A stretch of DNA of 32,000 nucleotides from Candidatus Jordarchaeales archaeon (GCA_038889235.1 JAWAHN010000002.1:164356-196355), one strand, 5' to 3'; numbered from the stretch's first letter, positions 18,377 through 28,570 are shown. A program made the numbers and translations. The notes: generated from the sequence alone by a model not told the origin.

Positions 18377-18640
18377 CCCCCTTACAAGCTCTTCACATGC
18401 ATTGAAGCAAATTGAACAATGAACATAAAAAAGCTTTTCTAAATTTCGAGCCTAAAGATACTCCACGACTCCATAGAGCCCTTACAGGCAACCTGTTTTT
18501 TACCTCATCTAAGGATGCTGTTAAGCGCGCCCTAAGCTTGCTTAAAACAAGCATTGAAAACTCTGAAATTGAAAGCTCACTAAAGTAAAAAGAGCTAACC
18601 GGCTGCAGACCGCCATGATGAAACGGGCAGTTTAACCTGC

Positions 18641-18970
18641 TTAAGATGCCAGCTTTACTCTTGGAATTATCGCTGCTCCTTTTTTCAAAGTGCTCCTTTC
18701 CCCGTCAGGGTCGACCTTGAAGCTTTCCCCTCTCACTTCTCCTCCACTTTCCCTTTTCTCTTCTCCGCACATTACGTTCACTCCACCCTCCACAGCCCCT
18801 CCCTCAGTCTCTAAATACTTAAACCCATACACCTCTTGTACTAAAGCCTCAACTTGCCTTTCGACCCTCAAAAGCCTTCGCTCTAAGTCTGATACCATCT
18901 CTAAAACAAGCTTCAATAAATTCTCGTCAACTTTCCCCTTACCCAGCCTGATAACCATGAAATCCCTCAT
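18641..18970 (-). CDS. Hypothetical protein with N-terminal coiled coil
   Basis: Heptad-like LVLEMVSDLERRLLRVERQVEALVQEV followed by a G/E-rich, probably disordered tail; codon and amino-acid style matches neighbours; start may be ATG 18958. Confidence 0.55.
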   Translation of the reverse strand: MRDFMVIRLGKGKVDENLLKLVLEMVSDLERRLLRVERQVEALVQEVYGFKYLETEGGAVEGGVNVMCGEEKRESGGEVRGESFKVDPDGERSTLKKGAAIIPRVKLAS

Positions 18971-19033
18971 CCCTAGATGAGTTCATTAAGAGGTAAAGGC
19001 GTTCTAGATAAAAAGTTAAGTATACCTCTAATC

Positions 19034-20383
19034 TTACACATTCACTCTTCCCGCCCTAGCAAAACAATATGCAACTGTTGTAAACCACATCACCGCCGTC
19101 ACAGCAATTGCACCTGTCGCATAACTTACTGGCGCGTCAATCAGCAGAGATGTAAATAATGCCATAGCAAGCTCCTCCTTTGCACCCCCGTAAAGGTACA
19201 TTTGCGTGAGAATCTTTGGAAGCTCATAGTGGGGGATGTACAAGTTTAAAAAGTAGTTAAAGTTAACCATTAGAACCCACCAGGAATGTTGCAGCGCGAA
19301 CTGCAAAACAAATGGAGCCAGGATTTTTGGGAAAACTGCAAGCGTTTTCAGGTAGCCGCCTGCAGCCATATCCAAACACAGGAAGGATCCTGCGACAATT
19401 AAGCCGAAAATTGAAAAGTTAAACTTGCGTGCTTTCAAACCCCTAACAGACCCTATTATGGTAACCAGTGAGATAATCCCCAGGCACACGTAGTTTATTC
19501 TCTCATAGAGTAAGCTTGGATTACTTCCCCAAACGATATATCGGGGAATCACTCCCGGAATATAGAGGTACGGCAATCCAATGTATGCAAACAGCAAGAA
19601 AAACACCGTTTCTAGTACAGCTATCGCCTTGTAGGGTGGCTTAGTCAAAGCGACTCCGAACGTTCTCGCTTCAAACTCTGCGGAGCCGGCGTAAAACAGC
19701 CATACAACCGACCCCACAGCCAATGCGTCCACTATGCACATAGTGATAGTGTACGTCACCACTATGTTATTCACCCATAAATCCCAGAACCAGTTGATAA
19801 TGAAAACATGCAATTTCTCCAAGTAGTATATTGAAACTAGATAAATGGGTCCTCCACATATCGCTGCAAACGTTATAAGAGATACAGCCAACTTTACAAG
19901 TCTTTTTTGTTCCCAAAACCACTCACTGGCGTTGAGAACTCTACCCGCGAGTATCACGCTTGAAACAACACTTAGTACTGGGAACAAGACGGGGAGTACA
20001 AAAAGCGCTACCAGAAGTAGTGTGTTAAAGCCATAGAAAATCCTGTACCTTAAAGGTATAATTGTGGTGGTCGTGTCAAGCAGCTGAAGCGTTTTAATTA
20101 TCCTCTCGTGGCTTATAACAGCGAAGAGGAGCCATGGGAGGGAGAAAAATAGGGGGGCAAAAATGTAGTTTATAGCCATGTTTAGCGGGTACATGTGTTC
20201 AACACACTGCAACATGGTGTGAAGTAGAGGATAGCTAAAAACTTCTATGTCGAATGGCAGAGGGTAGGGGCGCAGTTTGACAGGAGAGAATGCGAAGAGA
20301 ACCATGAAGTACAGTGGAGTTAAGAAAACTGACAGCGCCAGCATAAGTCGCGAAAAAACAAATCCTCCAACTTTAAAGCTCAA
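19034..20383 (-). CDS. Polytopic membrane protein of unknown function
   Basis: 449-aa ORF with roughly ten hydrophobic segments by eye; TTG start after a G-run SD; no recognisable transporter motif. Confidence 0.8.
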   Translation of the reverse strand: MSFKVGGFVFSRLMLALSVFLTPLYFMVLFAFSPVKLRPYPLPFDIEVFSYPLLHTMLQCVEHMYPLNMAINYIFAPLFFSLPWLLFAVISHERIIKTLQLLDTTTTIIPLRYRIFYGFNTLLLVALFVLPVLFPVLSVVSSVILAGRVLNASEWFWEQKRLVKLAVSLITFAAICGGPIYLVSIYYLEKLHVFIINWFWDLWVNNIVVTYTITMCIVDALAVGSVVWLFYAGSAEFEARTFGVALTKPPYKAIAVLETVFFLLFAYIGLPYLYIPGVIPRYIVWGSNPSLLYERINYVCLGIISLVTIIGSVRGLKARKFNFSIFGLIVAGSFLCLDMAAGGYLKTLAVFPKILAPFVLQFALQHSWWVLMVNFNYFLNLYIPHYELPKILTQMYLYGGAKEELAMALFTSLLIDAPVSYATGAIAVTAVMWFTTVAYCFARAGRVNV

Positions 20384-20556
20384 AAATTTTCCCCCCTGCG
20401 TTTTGCTAGAAGGTCGCTGTCAATTTTTAAATTCCTTTCTAGTGGTGCGCGTTAAACTTCCAAGCTAACATTACTTTTTATACCGAGAAAACAAAAAATA
20501 TTTTCGGTTTGCAATGCAATATTGCAGGTTTAAGGGGGCTTCTGGAGGAGGAATCT

Positions 20557-21057
20557 TTGCTCAAAAAGTTAGACGACGTGAAGAGAGAAATAAAAGAGTA
20601 CCTTAAAGTTTGCAAAGAATACATAAACCGCGTTATCAGCAGTGAGCCGGAAGTGAATTGGGGGGAAAACATAGTTGACGCATACAACGTTCTCTGGGAT
20701 ACTATACTGACGTGTTTAGACGATCTGAGGGAGTACATTCAAGCGCGCAAAAAGGTGGTTAGTGAGTTTGAGGCCCACATGTTCTGGGTTAAACAGGCCC
20801 TCGAAGCCGACAACGTTGAGGATGCCGCCTTCTACCTTAAACACGCCCTAGAAGATTTAATAGACATGAAAAGTTCAGTCCTTGTAGAAAAAGAGCTAGC
20901 GGACAGATTAGAGGAAGAGTTCAACACTATGCTAAAAGTAATGGAGGGCGTTAAGGCCGCGAGGAAGAGAGCCGAACTTTTCGAAGAAACTTACCCCAGA
21001 CTTGAAAAACTAGTCGAAGAAATGATACGAAAGCTTAAAGAATCTAATGATACCTAA
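20557..21057 (+). CDS. Hypothetical all-alpha/coiled-coil protein
   Basis: E/K/L-rich amphipathic helices throughout; TTG 20557 follows GGAGGAGG (track start 20509). Confidence 0.75.
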   Translation: MLKKLDDVKREIKEYLKVCKEYINRVISSEPEVNWGENIVDAYNVLWDTILTCLDDLREYIQARKKVVSEFEAHMFWVKQALEADNVEDAAFYLKHALEDLIDMKSSVLVEKELADRLEEEFNTMLKVMEGVKAARKRAELFEETYPRLEKLVEEMIRKLKESNDT

Positions 21058-21853
21058 CTTCCCCAAACCTTTCACGTAAAGCTCTGTTAGCTTCTTCCAT
21101 GAATCTCTTAGCAGCCTCACCCGGCCTCCTCGCTTCATAAACCGCGCGCCCAACTATTGCATAGTCTGCTCCCGCCCTGAAGACTTCTCCAATGTCCCCT
21201 CCCTGCGCAGCAACTCCGGGACTGAATATGAGCAGTTTGTCCAGCACTGTTTCTCGCACCTCCTTTACCACATTGGTTCTTGTTGCCCCCACTATTACAC
21301 CGTCAGCTCTCCATTCAACGGCTTTCTCGGCGAAAAACTTGTAGTATGTTTTTACGCTTCCATCGTCTAAGATTATCTTGCGCCCGTAGTTTTCCTCCGC
21401 CCCCTCATGGGACATGTAGACCAGTAGTATAACGCCCTTGCCACGTTTTCTAGCTTCGTCAAATAAGCCTTCCAGCCCCCCCTTCCAGCCGGCGAACGGG
21501 TTTGCTGTTAAAGCATCGAACCCTGCATCGAAAAAATGGGATGCAGCCCACCTGTTAGTGTGCTCGACGTCGTTTATTTTACAATCGATTATCGTCGGTA
21601 AACCGTAATTCCTCGCAGAATCCAGAATCTCCTGCAAATAGCCGTATAACCCTAAGGGAAGTAGGAGTTGGAAGTTAATTTTTAAGCCAGCCACGAAACT
21701 TTCAACATCGTTTAAAATCATTTTAGCCCTTCTGCAAAGTTCACGCGCATCCTCTTCACTTTTCACCTTTGTTGAAACATCCAAAGCCAGTACGATTCGG
21801 CTTCCCCTCTCTGCAGACGCTTTACCGATCATTTTCGAAAAATCGTTATGCAC
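21044..21853 (-). CDS. pyrF: Orotidine-5'-phosphate decarboxylase
   Basis: IVLALD, GLKIN, catalytic DxKxxD (DCKIND), DALTANP, FSPGVAAQGG, IVGRAVY. Confidence 0.93.
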   Translation of the reverse strand: MHNDFSKMIGKASAERGSRIVLALDVSTKVKSEEDARELCRRAKMILNDVESFVAGLKINFQLLLPLGLYGYLQEILDSARNYGLPTIIDCKINDVEHTNRWAASHFFDAGFDALTANPFAGWKGGLEGLFDEARKRGKGVILLVYMSHEGAEENYGRKIILDDGSVKTYYKFFAEKAVEWRADGVIVGATRTNVVKEVRETVLDKLLIFSPGVAAQGGDIGEVFRAGADYAIVGRAVYEARRPGEAAKRFMEEANRALRERFGEVRYH

Positions 21854-21887
21854 GCTTCACCACCATCCCAGAGGCGTCTTAAACGTC

Positions 21888-22358
21888 TCAGCAGTCATTA
21901 ACGAGTTTAAGTATGATTTCAATAACTTTTGGCATCGCCTCTTCAACCTCTCGTGAAAGATTAATGCCTATCTCCCTATAATTCTTCGGCTCCACGCCCA
22001 CCAAGAACAGTTCAGGTAAAACCTCCATTTCCCTCGCCACCTTAACCAGCATCTGGATGTCCACGTCGTGTGAAGACGTTAGGCTCTTAACACCACTCTC
22101 CTCTAACTCCTTGGCCCTCAATACATATACGTCGCCCGGTTTTCCTCCCCCAAGGACAGCGTCTATCAGAATAACTTTTTCAGCTTTCTCAAAAAATTCA
22201 AGCAAAAACAGCCCCCCAACACCCCCATCAACAACTTCAACACAGCTAGGTAAAGTGACCTCCCTCAGTTTATTTACAACGTGAATGCCAACCCCCTCAT
22301 CGCCAAGAAGATAGTTACCCACACCAATCACGAAAATCTTACGCAAAATCTCACCCAA
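21888..22358 (-). CDS. [NiFe]-hydrogenase maturation endopeptidase (HyaD/HycI family)
   Basis: VIGVGNYLLGDEGVG, VVDGG, ILIDAV, SSHD, LVGVEP; start may be TTG 22346 after GGTGAG. Confidence 0.92.
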   Translation of the reverse strand: MGEILRKIFVIGVGNYLLGDEGVGIHVVNKLREVTLPSCVEVVDGGVGGLFLLEFFEKAEKVILIDAVLGGGKPGDVYVLRAKELEESGVKSLTSSHDVDIQMLVKVAREMEVLPELFLVGVEPKNYREIGINLSREVEEAMPKVIEIILKLVNDC

Positions 22359-22475
22359 ACAGCAAGTTTCACCAGCTCAAAGAAAAATGCCAAAATAAAT
22401 ACCTTAAACCCTAATGAAGGAAGGATCGTAAAAAGGGTAGGCCAAAAAGATGGTAGGCAGCTAGAGGCAGCTAAC

Positions 22476-23087
22476 TTATTGATTTGACATAACCACTTTT
22501 TCGATGAAGTACCTATGTACCCTCGCGTCATCTGTTAGCTCAGGGTGAAATGCTGTAGCTAACACTTTTTCCTGTTTCACAGCTACAATTTTTCCATTAA
22601 AACTACACAGAACTTCGACTCCACTTCCAACCTCTAGAACTACGGGTGCTCTGATGAATATTCCTCTAAAAACGCCGCCTATAGCTGGTATTTCTAAGTC
22701 GACCTCGAAGGAGTCGTTTTGTCTTCCAAAATGGTTCCTCTCAACGACAATGTCGAGCACGCCGGCGGTAGGCTGATTGGTTTCCCCTAACACTCTATCT
22801 CTCACCTTCCGAGCCAGCACTATCATTCCGGCGCAAGTTCCAAAAACTGGAAATTCTTCCTTCATCTCTTTCAAATAGTCCATCACGCCTGTATGCTCCA
22901 TCATTGAGCCTATTACCGTGCTTTCCCCGCCCGGAATTATAAGTCCATCTACATCCTCTACTTCCCCTCTTTTCTTCACAACTCTGACTTCGCCTTGCAG
23001 CCCAGCTTCTTTTAGTGCCTTCCTGGTAATGTAAACGTGTTCCTCTATTGCTCCCTGAAACCCAAGCACTCCGACGATGGGTCTCAA
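22476..23087 (-). CDS. pdxT: Pyridoxal 5'-phosphate synthase glutaminase subunit
   Basis: [24 protein letters not shown] (catalytic Cys), RNHFGRQ, FIRAP, FHPE; overlaps the pdxS stop by 4 nt. Confidence 0.96.
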   Translation of the reverse strand: MRPIVGVLGFQGAIEEHVYITRKALKEAGLQGEVRVVKKRGEVEDVDGLIIPGGESTVIGSMMEHTGVMDYLKEMKEEFPVFGTCAGMIVLARKVRDRVLGETNQPTAGVLDIVVERNHFGRQNDSFEVDLEIPAIGGVFRGIFIRAPVVLEVGSGVEVLCSFNGKIVAVKQEKVLATAFHPELTDDARVHRYFIEKVVMSNQ

Positions 23088-23989
23088 GCTTCAGCCCCCC
23101 TTTCCTGCATCCTCAACTCAAGCTCCTTGATATCCATCCCCATCATAGATTTCTTCTCATCTATCATCCTTTGAGCTTCAGCGACGACTTCCGGGTCATC
23201 CCAGAACGTCGTTGCTAAGACTATTGCCTTCGCCCTCTCCATTGGGTCTTCGGATTTAAAAATTCCTGAACCTACGAATATCCCGTCGCAGCCCAGGGAC
23301 ATCATCAGAGCAGCGTCTGCAGGTGTAGCTATCCCTCCCGCGGCAAAATTGACTACCGGAAGTCTCCCAAGTCTTCCAACTTCGTAGACAAGCTGGTAGG
23401 AAACCTTAAACTCGCGGGCTAAAGCGACTATCTCTTGCCAGTCTTCTTCTTCAACTATTGCTTTCACTCTCCTTATTTCATTCCTCATAAGCTTCATATG
23501 GCGAACAGCTTCAGCAACATTACCTGTCCCAGCCTCTCCCTTCGTCCTAATCATCGAGGCGCCTTCCTCTATTCGCCTCAATGCCTCACCTAGGTCTTTT
23601 GCCCCATTTACGAAGGGAACCCTGAAATCCCACTTCCAAATGTGCCTTTTCTCGTCAGCCGGGGTTAACACTTCAGATTCGTCGATAGCGTCAACGCCCA
23701 TTTCCTCTAGGACCCTTGCTTCATAGACATGCCCGATTCTACACTTAGCCATAACCGGTATTGAAACGTGGTCCATTATTTCTTCGATAATTTTTAAGCT
23801 TGCAGTCCTGGCAACCCCTCCAGCTTTCCTAACATCGTAAGGAAGCTTGTCGAGCGCCATCACGGCCACGGCGCCTGCGTCCTCAGCTATCTGCGCCTGC
23901 TCAACATTAGTGACGTCCATTATCACGCCATGTTTTTGCATTTTCATGAAGCCTCTTCTCACGCACACTGTTCCAACAACGGGATTCAC
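23084..23989 (-). CDS. pdxS: Pyridoxal 5'-phosphate synthase lyase subunit
   Basis: [74 protein letters not shown]. Confidence 0.97.
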   Translation of the reverse strand: MNPVVGTVCVRRGFMKMQKHGVIMDVTNVEQAQIAEDAGAVAVMALDKLPYDVRKAGGVARTASLKIIEEIMDHVSIPVMAKCRIGHVYEARVLEEMGVDAIDESEVLTPADEKRHIWKWDFRVPFVNGAKDLGEALRRIEEGASMIRTKGEAGTGNVAEAVRHMKLMRNEIRRVKAIVEEEDWQEIVALAREFKVSYQLVYEVGRLGRLPVVNFAAGGIATPADAALMMSLGCDGIFVGSGIFKSEDPMERAKAIVLATTFWDDPEVVAEAQRMIDEKKSMMGMDIKELELRMQERGAEA

Positions 23990-24144
23990 GTTCTTACCTC
24001 CTAGTATTAAACTTATTTCTTTAGTGAAGTTATTTCTTCAATAGAGATATAAAAGTGTTTTCGAACTTAAGAGTAGCATTTTTATCCAGGGTAGCGGAGT
24101 ATATGTTTCCAACAACCACCATCAACTCAAGGAAGTGTTAAAGC

Positions 24145-26145
24145 ATGATTCTCTCTTGTGAAAAGCTCTTCGAACCAATAACAATAAAGGGCGTTACATT
24201 GCGCAATAGGGTAGTCATGCCAGCAATGCACTTGGGTTATGCCGAAAACGGATATGTGACGAAGAAACTGATAGATTTCTATGTTGAGAGAGCGAAGAAC
24301 AAAGTCGGCCTGATAATAGTGGGTGGTTGCTACATAAACAAGCACGCGATGGGCGCCCCATCGATGATAGGGATCTCAGACGACCGCTTTATTCCAGGGC
24401 TAAAGGAGCTCGCGGAGGCGGTAAAAGCTCATGGAGCCAAAATAGCCGCTCAGCTCTATCACTCCGGAAGGTACTCCTTTTCCATGATTATAGGAGACCG
24501 AGCCCACGCGCCATCCTCGATAATGTCCAAGCTGACCCGAGAAATTCCGAAGAGGATGACGCTAGACGAGATCGAAAGAACTATAGAAGATTATGGTGAA
24601 GCTGCAAGGAGAGCCAAGGAAGCAGGTTTCGATGCTGTTGAAATTCTCTCCTCGGCCGGGTACCTTATAGGCCAGTTCCTTTCCCCTCTGACAAACAGGA
24701 GAACAGACAAGTATGGCGGGAATTTAAGACAACGGATGAACTTCGCTCTGGAAGTTGTTGAAAGAGTGAGAGAAAAAGTGGGGACAAACTTTCCCATAAT
24801 ATTCAGAGTCGGCGGAGATGACTTCATGGAGGGAGGCAATGATCTACACGAGATGAAGGTGTTCGCAGCTAAACTTGAAGACGCAGGAGTAGACGTGATA
24901 AACGTCACTGGAGGTTGGCACGAAACAACAGTTCCGCAGCTAACTATGAACGTTCCCCGAGGGGCATACGTGTACCTTGCTGAAAACATTAAGGATGCCG
25001 TAGGAATACCGGTGATAGCTTGCAATAGGATAAATGACCCATTGCTAGCAGAATACATCCTCAGACGCAAAAAAGCCGACCTAGTTGGTATAGCTAGAGG
25101 GCTTCTAGCAGACCCCGAGTTTGTAGTAAAAGCCGCTGAGGGGCGGTTCGATGATATAAGGCCGTGCATTGCTTGCACTCAGGGATGTTTTGACAGCGTC
25201 TTCATGCTACAACCTGTAACATGTCTAGTTAACCCCGCAGCGGGCAGGGAGAAAGAATTCGAGCTTAAACCTGCAGTTAAGCCAAAGAAAGTTTTAATAG
25301 CTGGCGGCGGCCCTGCGGGCATGCAGGCAGCCATAATACTGAAGAAGAGGGGTCACGACGTCACAATTTACGAGAAAACGGACAAGTTAGGCGGCCAATT
25401 AATACTGGCAAGTGCACCGAAGGAGCGAAGCGAGTTCAAAGCCTTCATAAACTATCTCCGTAGACAGGTCGAAAAACTCGGAATAAAGGTGGTTTTTGGA
25501 ACGGAGGTTACCCCTGAACTTGTTGAAAGGGAAAAGCCGGACGTCGTAATAGTGGCGACTGGGGCTAGACCTATAAAGCCAAAGATCCCTGGAATAGATA
25601 AGAAAAACGTGGTGTACGCTCACGACGTGCTTGCTGGAAAAGTTTTCGTCGGAGAGAAAGTAGTCATAGTTGGCGGCGGGGGCGTTGGATGCGAAACAGC
25701 CCTTTACTTAACGGATGAAGGGTCAATAGATCCAGAGACTATGATTTTCCTCCTAGAGCGAAGGGCTCTGTCGTTTGAGAGGGCGCTAAAACTCCTGAGA
25801 AAGAGCAGGGACGTGGTTATCGTCGAAATGACGGATAGAATAGCGAGAGACGTAGGTCTAACGACAAGGTGGACAATTAGGCAAAGCTTGGAGCTGAGAA
25901 AAGTGAGAATCGTAACTAATGCTAGAGTGGATGAAATAACCGATGAAGGCGTAATTGTCAACAACGGAGAACAGTTCTTTGAAGCCGACACCGTGGTGAT
26001 AGCTGTTGGATCAGAGCCAAACAACGAGCTTGTTAAACAACTTGAAGGAAAAGTAGCCGAGTTATATGCTGTAGGCGACTGCGTAAACCCCAGGAAAGCG
26101 CTTGAAGCGATACGTGAAGCTACAGAAGTCGCCATGAAAATATGA
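24145..26145 (+). CDS. fadH: 2,4-dienoyl-CoA reductase (FadH)-like NADH:flavin oxidoreductase (OYE barrel + 4Fe-4S + FAD domain)
   Basis: NRVVMPAMH, AQLYHSGR, GYLIGQFLSP (Tyr), GGWHE (His), CIACTQGC...CLVNP Fe-S motif, IAGGGPAG, VVIVGGGGVG; the Tyr/His pair matches FadH from memory. Confidence 0.82.
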   Translation: MILSCEKLFEPITIKGVTLRNRVVMPAMHLGYAENGYVTKKLIDFYVERAKNKVGLIIVGGCYINKHAMGAPSMIGISDDRFIPGLKELAEAVKAHGAKIAAQLYHSGRYSFSMIIGDRAHAPSSIMSKLTREIPKRMTLDEIERTIEDYGEAARRAKEAGFDAVEILSSAGYLIGQFLSPLTNRRTDKYGGNLRQRMNFALEVVERVREKVGTNFPIIFRVGGDDFMEGGNDLHEMKVFAAKLEDAGVDVINVTGGWHETTVPQLTMNVPRGAYVYLAENIKDAVGIPVIACNRINDPLLAEYILRRKKADLVGIARGLLADPEFVVKAAEGRFDDIRPCIACTQGCFDSVFMLQPVTCLVNPAAGREKEFELKPAVKPKKVLIAGGGPAGMQAAIILKKRGHDVTIYEKTDKLGGQLILASAPKERSEFKAFINYLRRQVEKLGIKVVFGTEVTPELVEREKPDVVIVATGARPIKPKIPGIDKKNVVYAHDVLAGKVFVGEKVVIVGGGGVGCETALYLTDEGSIDPETMIFLLERRALSFERALKLLRKSRDVVIVEMTDRIARDVGLTTRWTIRQSLELRKVRIVTNARVDEITDEGVIVNNGEQFFEADTVVIAVGSEPNNELVKQLEGKVAELYAVGDCVNPRKALEAIREATEVAMKI

Positions 26146-26304
26146 ACCAACCTTCCCCCCCAAATTTCTCTCTTCCAAACCCGGATTGTATGGTGAAGCA
26201 AATTAAGAGAGAAAAAATTAAAATTTGAAGCGATACTTTTTCATTAACAATGCCCGCTTTGAAAAAAGTCTCAAACTTACGTCAATCGCGAGGAGGTTAA
26301 TGAA

Positions 26305-27384
26305 TTGGGGAAAATTAAAGTAGCCATCGCAGGTCTTGGAAACTGCGCATCTGCATTAATCCAGGGTGTATACTATTATAGAAATGCGAAGAAGGGAGAC
26401 AAGATTCCCGGGCTAATGCACGTTGATTTTGGAGGGTATTACCCCCGAGACATAGAGTTTGTTTGCGCTTTTGACGTCAACAAAAACAAGATTGGGCGAG
26501 ACATTAGTGAAGCCATATTCGCTGAGCCGAATTGCGTCGCGAAGTTTGCTGATGTTCCAAAATTGGGCGTAGAAGTGCTTCCCGGACCAATATCTGATGG
26601 TGTCGCCCCCCACATGAAGGATGCCTTTTACACTTACGATCCAAACGAACTAGAAGCTGTTGACGTCGCATCAGCCCTCCAAGATTCTGGAGCCGAAATG
26701 TTGGTGAACTTCATTCCCGTCGGCAGCTACGAAGCAACTAGAATATATGCACAGGCGGCAATAGACGCAGGATGCGCCTTCGTAAACTGCATCCCCGAGT
26801 TTATAGCATCGGACCCCGAGTGGGCTAACAAGTTCGAGAGAGCAGGGTTACCCGTGGCTGGAGACGATATAAAGAGCCAGGTGGGAGCAACTATACTCCA
26901 CAGAACCCTCGTAGATCTTCTCGTAAGTAGAGGTGTGAAAATAGAAAGCTCCTATCAGCTAAACATAGGAGGAGACACGGACTTCCTGAACATGACTGTT
27001 GAAGAAAGACTGAAAGCCAAACGCATAAGCAAGACTGAAGCTGTTACAAGTCTTGTACCCTACGACTTCCCGGTGAGGATAGGCCCATCTGACTACGTCC
27101 CCTTCCTTGGAGATAAGAAAGTGTGCTACATACGAATTGAAGGTAAGAAATTCGGGGACGCACCTATAACAATTGACGTTAAACTGGTTGTTGAAGACTC
27201 ACCAAACAGCGCAGGAGTAGTCATAGACGTTATCCGTGCAGTCAAACTTGCACTGGACCGAGGAATATCAGGACCCCTAATAAGCATATCATCTTATGCC
27301 TTCAAGCATCCACCAGTGCAAGTTCCTGACCATATAGCCCGCCAGTGGGTTGAAGAATTCATAGAAGGAAAGAGGGAGCGCTAA
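26305..27384 (+). CDS. ino1: myo-Inositol-1-phosphate synthase
   Basis: KVAIAGLGNCASALIQG, AFDVNKNKIG, NFIPVGS, GDDIKSQVGATILHR, YQLNIGGDTDFLNM, KRISKT, EDSPNSAG. Confidence 0.96.
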   Translation: MGKIKVAIAGLGNCASALIQGVYYYRNAKKGDKIPGLMHVDFGGYYPRDIEFVCAFDVNKNKIGRDISEAIFAEPNCVAKFADVPKLGVEVLPGPISDGVAPHMKDAFYTYDPNELEAVDVASALQDSGAEMLVNFIPVGSYEATRIYAQAAIDAGCAFVNCIPEFIASDPEWANKFERAGLPVAGDDIKSQVGATILHRTLVDLLVSRGVKIESSYQLNIGGDTDFLNMTVEERLKAKRISKTEAVTSLVPYDFPVRIGPSDYVPFLGDKKVCYIRIEGKKFGDAPITIDVKLVVEDSPNSAGVVIDVIRAVKLALDRGISGPLISISSYAFKHPPVQVPDHIARQWVEEFIEGKRER

Positions 27385-27397
27385 AACAGATTTTTGT

Positions 27398-28570
27398 TCA
27401 AGTCTCAGATTGCCCAAGCCTATTGTAAACTGATTTAACTATTTCCCTAAGTTTTTCCATACATTGTCCTGGGGTAGGGGCAGTAACCTGAACGCTGCAC
27501 ACAGGTGTCCCAGCTCCTACAACCTCCCCCGGCCTTGTTATATCGTAGAGGAATGGTATGTCCCTCAGGTCTGGGACTACCGCTTCTCCCTTAGAGTAGA
27601 CAACCCCTTTCGCTGCGAACCCCTTTACTTCAATCCTTCCCGGAAGTTTTCCGTAAAATGCATCAATGTGTTTTTCAACAATATTTAACCCAGTTACCAT
27701 GGTTACACACTCAATCGTCCCCTGAAACCTGGGATTAACCTCTATGAATACTGGTTCTCCACCCCTTAGTACAAAATCAACACCATTAGAACCCACAAGC
27801 CCCAAGAACTCGCATATCTTCTCAGCTACTTTAGCTACGCTTTTACGGGTCCTTTCCGACTCGTGAGGAACTATATTCCCACAATAGAGGAATTCTCTAC
27901 CCCCAAGCCAAGGGACCCCCACCAGCTGCCTATTCACCGTCAAAGTAACAGCTCTCCTACCATCACATAGCACAGATGCACTTAGATCTTCTCCCTTAAC
28001 ACGCTCTTGAACAAGCACTCTTCCCGCTCCCGCACAGCGCTCGAAGAGTAACTCTACTTCCTCCTTGCTTCGAGCCAAGTGCACCCCAAGTCCCCCTCCC
28101 CCCGCTTCCCTCCTCACGACGACAGGGAAGCCCAACTCTCGAGCAGCAGCAACAGCCTCACGCCGGTCCTTCACAACATGTGTTTCTGGAACTTTAACCC
28201 CTCTCTTTTTCAACTCCTCGTAAAGCTCAATCTTCAATCTGGCCCTTTTGACCCTTAAAGGGTCATTTCCAATTATCGGTGCAATGCTTCCTATTTTTTC
28301 TAAGCAATCCCACCTGTCGTCCAACCCGCTTCCTATGAGGACACCATCAACGTGATGCTTTTGAGCCATAGATTGAACTAACTCTACGGCGACGTCGGCA
28401 AAGCTGGCATGTGCGCCGGCGTAATCCCTGATTACGACGATATCGTCAACCCACTTGTAAATGTCAATGTCCCCCCAATAATCTATAGCAAAGACACGAA
28501 ACCCACACATTTTCGCTTGGGCCGCTATAGGCCTTGCATTAAAACCAACGACAAGCAACTTCTCCATCAT
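27398..28570 (-). CDS. ATP-grasp fold ligase of unknown specificity (COG2232/MJ0776-like)
   Basis: LLVVGFNARPIA...AIDYWGD.D N-terminus, GGGGLGV loop, VQERVKG, GSNGVDFV, IEVNPRFQGT. Confidence 0.85.
   Translation of the reverse strand: MMEKLLVVGFNARPIAAQAKMCGFRVFAIDYWGDIDIYKWVDDIVVIRDYAGAHASFADVAVELVQSMAQKHHVDGVLIGSGLDDRWDCLEKIGSIAPIIGNDPLRVKRARLKIELYEELKKRGVKVPETHVVKDRREAVAAARELGFPVVVRREAGGGGLGVHLARSKEEVELLFERCAGAGRVLVQERVKGEDLSASVLCDGRRAVTLTVNRQLVGVPWLGGREFLYCGNIVPHESERTRKSVAKVAEKICEFLGLVGSNGVDFVLRGGEPVFIEVNPRFQGTIECVTMVTGLNIVEKHIDAFYGKLPGRIEVKGFAAKGVVYSKGEAVVPDLRDIPFLYDITRPGEVVGAGTPVCSVQVTAPTPGQCMEKLREIVKSVYNRLGQSET

Noticed and set aside
18412-18588. 58-codon TTG ORF on + and an overlapping 53-codon ATG ORF on - in the 18376-18641 gap
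   Set aside because: No SD or recognisable motif, both strands are open, and the region contains the likely promoter of the RAM-domain gene; cannot be supported without expression data.
18615-18621. ATGATGA resembling a C/D sRNA box C
   Set aside because: No box D (CTGA) at a suitable distance downstream and no terminal stem.
26165-26214. 10-bp inverted repeat TTTCTCTCTT/AAGAGAGAAA between fadH and ino1
   Set aside because: Low-complexity arms and a 30-nt loop; could be a terminator but is not distinguishable from chance.
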